Part shown: piece by piece, positions 45,475 to 48,731 of the stretch | Layout: the number at the start of each line of letters is the position of its first letter | How positions within the stretch are numbered: position 1 is the stretch's first letter | Origin: Basidiobolus meristosporus CBS 931.73 | Lineage: Eukaryota > Fungi > Basidiobolomycota | DNA length: 48,731 bases | Direction: 5' to 3' | NCBI GenBank assembly: GCA_002104905.1 | Contig: MCFE01000664.1 | Coordinates: 1 to 48,731, forward strand | Made by a program: the position numbers and the translations under genes | Notes under the pieces: model-generated | Seen by the model: the letters and a program-made list of their open reading frames with translations, nothing else | Databases searched by the model: none | Told to the model about the DNA's origin: nothing

Positions 45475-46696
45475 TTAAGAGAGTAGAAACGAGAGGGTCA
45501 ATTTCTTGTCATCTGGCTTCTCTTCCCTAGACTCGGTGGGCAGAGATCGCGTGTCGTTGCCGTTTCTACCGTGACTAGCATCGTTGGTGGTGCTAACGCT
45601 ATTGCTTCGTGAATCACTAGTGTCATTCTCAGATTTCCATTTTTGGCGGTCATTTGTGCCTCTTTCGCTTTTTTCTTTGATAACTTGGCCCAAACTTTGG
45701 AATCAATGATAAGTAACAATATTACACGGTAATGATATATAGCTGGCTCATACTAAGTCCACATGCATTGCAAAGTGTCCTCGGTCCTTTGGAGTGGGTC
45801 GAATTTTAGTACTAGTGCTTGGAACGTGGGTCAATATAGGCATATATGGAAATGTACCTAATGGGCCTTTTCTCCACTCCGTGTGTCCGTGCTAGTGAGG
45901 GGAGGTTTAGTGTCTGTACAAAGCAGGTCGGAGGAACGCCTGTTACCAGTTGCAAGAATGACAGTAGAGTTTAGCCTGGTTACTCTTGGTTCGTTTCTGC
46001 AAATCGAAATAAAAGATATGGTTATATATTGCGGAGAGAAGTAGGCACGAAATCCAGAATTACTTTTGGTTTTCTGAGCTCTTGGTGGGGACGGGTGATT
46101 GGGAAGGGGATGTCTATGTTGATGAATAGGCGAATTAGGGAAAAGCTCAGACTGGCATAACAGCGCTTCTGGTTACTCTTTGCTCGGCAGTCAAAAACAC
46201 GTCGTATAAAGCTTTAGCAGAATCCACAAGCTGATTGGTATCTCCGGCATCTGAGCGGTCGAATTTACTAAGTATTCCAATGATTTCGTCACACCTGTTG
46301 GAGATCTTGGGTAAAGCCATCAGCGGGGTGCAGAAGAACATTGTGTCACAAGGCGATTACCTCGTTGTAATGATTTGAAGATAGTCGAAATTGAGGCTCC
46401 AAAGCATTCACTCTTCTTTGCTGGAGAAGGCTGGGGGATAGCCTCTCACGACTGCGCAAGATCATCGTAAGGTCTATTGGGGTATTGCTGGGGAGGCGTG
46501 TTTGCGTAGTTGTACTTGTCCGAGGGATGAGCTTGTGGTGGAGGCAGAGCGCCCGAGTACAAGTGAGAGTAAGGGTGGCCAAGCTGAGGGCCTGGAGGTG
46601 GTTGGAATGATTCAAAGAGTGGTTGTGCATCGAATGGGAGGGCGGATTAGGAAAGCCGCTTGGATACGCGGCATAATCGGAGGAGGAGTCGTGCAT
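45475..46696 (-). CDS. GATA zinc-finger transcription factor (CX2CX18C class), 7 exons; frameshifted as assembled
   Basis: Exons ~46361-46696, 46177-46294, 46064-46113, 45947-45996, 45858-45891, 45754-45786 and 45475-45694, with intact GT-AG sites. The spliced finger reads CHSCNCTDT[P][23 protein letters not shown] only if one base is restored near 45881. Other single-base gaps are inferred elsewhere. Confidence 0.8.
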
Positions 46697-47103
46697 ATAG
46701 GGCTTTGTGAGATACTGGGGAATATGACATTACACGAATCAGCGAAGATAATAGAAAGGAGGAAGAGCAAAGAGTGAATAAAGGACGAGGGAAAATCCAA
46801 GATGATTAGGGTCAAATCACATATAAAATTGATCCGATACAATCACAAAACGGCAAGGAATGATGGATCAAGGATTTTCGTTCTCAGGGAAAGTGGAAAA
46901 TACCATTTCGACGTTGGTAGAAAATGATATGAATGAATCAGGCACCGCACATATCCAGATTAACTGAGATAAGCCGATGCTAGGCGGTGACACCTGGCTC
47001 TCATTGTCCCTATAGATGGTGACACTTGGCTCTTGTTGTCCCTATATTTAGCAATTCCCTAACTTTCCTGTTGAAACTCGATCTTCACCAAGCATGACAA
47101 CAG

Positions 47104-48040
47104 CTAGTAATCGCCCATGTTTTTGGCAATAGGTATGTGCCCATCTCCCTTGGGTAGGAGGCAGCGCACAACTCTATGGATCAGCATAGCTAGATTAATC
47201 TCCCGTCGAATGTGATCCAATCTGAATCTCCCATCCAGTATTGATCCAATCAGGCTTGCTATTAAGATGGTTGTCCAATCAACCTTGATCTCATCTACCC
47301 ATGTTGATAGAGATCTCCGTGAGCCGGCAACATGACGAATGTCAACATCAGATAGGTTGAGGATTTTATTGGCTGCTGTGGTTCTGTTTACATATGTGGG
47401 AGTGGGGTATGGCTTAGGTGGCACAGCTGTACGGTCTCGTTGCCTTGCCTAAGGTGTGGACAGGCTCTAGATCCAGTATGTGCGTTTGAGGTCTGTTAGA
47501 TCCAGCCAGCTGGATGCACTCATTGGTTGTGGAATGATTTGACGTGCCTATGCCTGGAAGGGTGGTGTAGCTGGGTGCCTTCATAGGGTTGAAGTATGCT
47601 GGGGGATCAACGGCAGCAATGTTATATGTCGGGGGTGGTGCTGAGAGAGTGACTACTTCGGAACCTATTTGGAATGGCCTCAGCTTCTGCAGCAAATGGG
47701 TCTCTTCAGATTCCAGCAATCTTACTCTCCCTCGGATGACCTATTTTCATGGAAATTCATGTCAGAGCACATATGGAGCATGTGACAGCAGTAGCCGTTA
47801 GATTTTACCATGATCAGCACCATGTTGACTATCATAAGTATTAAGGGAATCAGGGCAAACCACCATTGGAGATTGAGCGGGGTCGACGCCAGCGATGAGA
47901 ACCGCCGTGCCAGATAGAATGGTGATCCGTATGAACAATTTTAGTCTTTGATTGAGGTGATTCCTCTGTTTTCGTAATTGATAAAGCTGACCCCACAGTG
48001 CTTCTGGTTGCTGCTCTGTGGTGGTTAAATCATCCACTAT
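47104..48040 (-). CDS. Probable membrane protein with two hydrophobic helices and PPxY-like motifs; frameshifted as assembled
   Basis: Successive frames give LFIRITILSGTAVLIAGV, WWFALIPLILMIVNMVLIMV, then APPPTY..DPPAY and PPKPYPTPTY. Frames switch at short runs. No family recognised and boundaries are uncertain. Confidence 0.45.
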
Positions 48041-48731
48041 TCGTGCTCATATGTCAAGTCAAAAGGAAGATGGCGGTGGAATCCCGCTACTGGGTGAATA
48101 TTATTATATAGAAACATTTACGGAAGCCTTATATTATTCCACAGAAAGCCTCAGACATAGTTTTACTGTCACCCTTAGACACTATTGTGTGCCATAGTCA
48201 GCTCTTACGATTTACCAGAAATGTCTACATGGGTTGCGAGTCACATTGTACCTCAAACAATAAATAGTCTCTTCTCCAAACGAGACTGTTCGGTCAAGAC
48301 ACTGTTTAATACCATTATCACCAGTCAGCTGATCGACATATTGAGGACACGTTGGAGGAGGTATGTGGAATGTGACTAGTGTTCCTTTTTCAGCGAATGC
48401 ATGACTTCACCCGATCCCTGGAAGTACTGTTTATTCGTCTATACTTCGTGCATTACTATGTAATGTTTCATCACGGAAGTTCTTCGATTCCAACCATCTC
48501 TCCTACTTTCATCCGCTTCACAAACAAGCCTCTGCCGATTTACTTTCTTGTGCCAATACGCACTCCCCATTCCAACTGACAATAATCATGCTCATAGTGG
48601 GATTTGGATTGCACCAGGCTAGTATTGGTTAGTTTTACAACGAGAGATGTTTGAATAACGTCGGGAAAAAACTAAGAGAAAGTCACCGAAAAGCATGAAT
48701 TAAGAGAAGTATATATATGAAGGGTGGGAAA

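Noticed and set aside
48185-48579. ORFs 48185-48379 and 48379-48579 (+) with a possible 33-nt intron
   Set aside because: No homology is recognisable, the intron is shorter than all others here, and the region may be indel-prone.

Overview
Eukaryotic DNA, most likely from an intron-rich fungus (an early-diverging lineage is an inference from the gene style), in two sharply different halves. (1) 1 to ~35.7 kb is a CpG-depleted nest of transposons. It holds a CACTA/EnSpm-like DNA transposon family with CCCTATGAAAAAT termini, including one complete 5,774-bp copy (3-bp TSD) inserted inverted into an older copy of itself. It also holds a stack of self-nested Ty1/Copia elements with a half-tRNA(iMet)-type primer site. 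The youngest Copia copy (30659-35344) has apparently identical LTRs, a 5-bp TSD and a single 1-bp frameshift. A second Copia family, a Ty3/Gypsy fragment and four solo LTRs complete the nest. (2) ~35.75-48.7 kb is CpG-rich and genic. It contains a 7-exon Cid13/CutA-like terminal nucleotidyltransferase (+), a convergent 31-exon SART3/Prp24 gene (-, 1025 aa) with a probable 11-nt microexon, a GATA zinc-finger factor (-) and a probable PPxY membrane-protein gene (-). The last two genes carry many deletion-only single-base frameshifts. These are most simply local assembly errors but need a read/cDNA check. No prokaryotic system, CRISPR array or RNA gene was found. All comparisons were made by eye, so coordinates may be off by a few bases.
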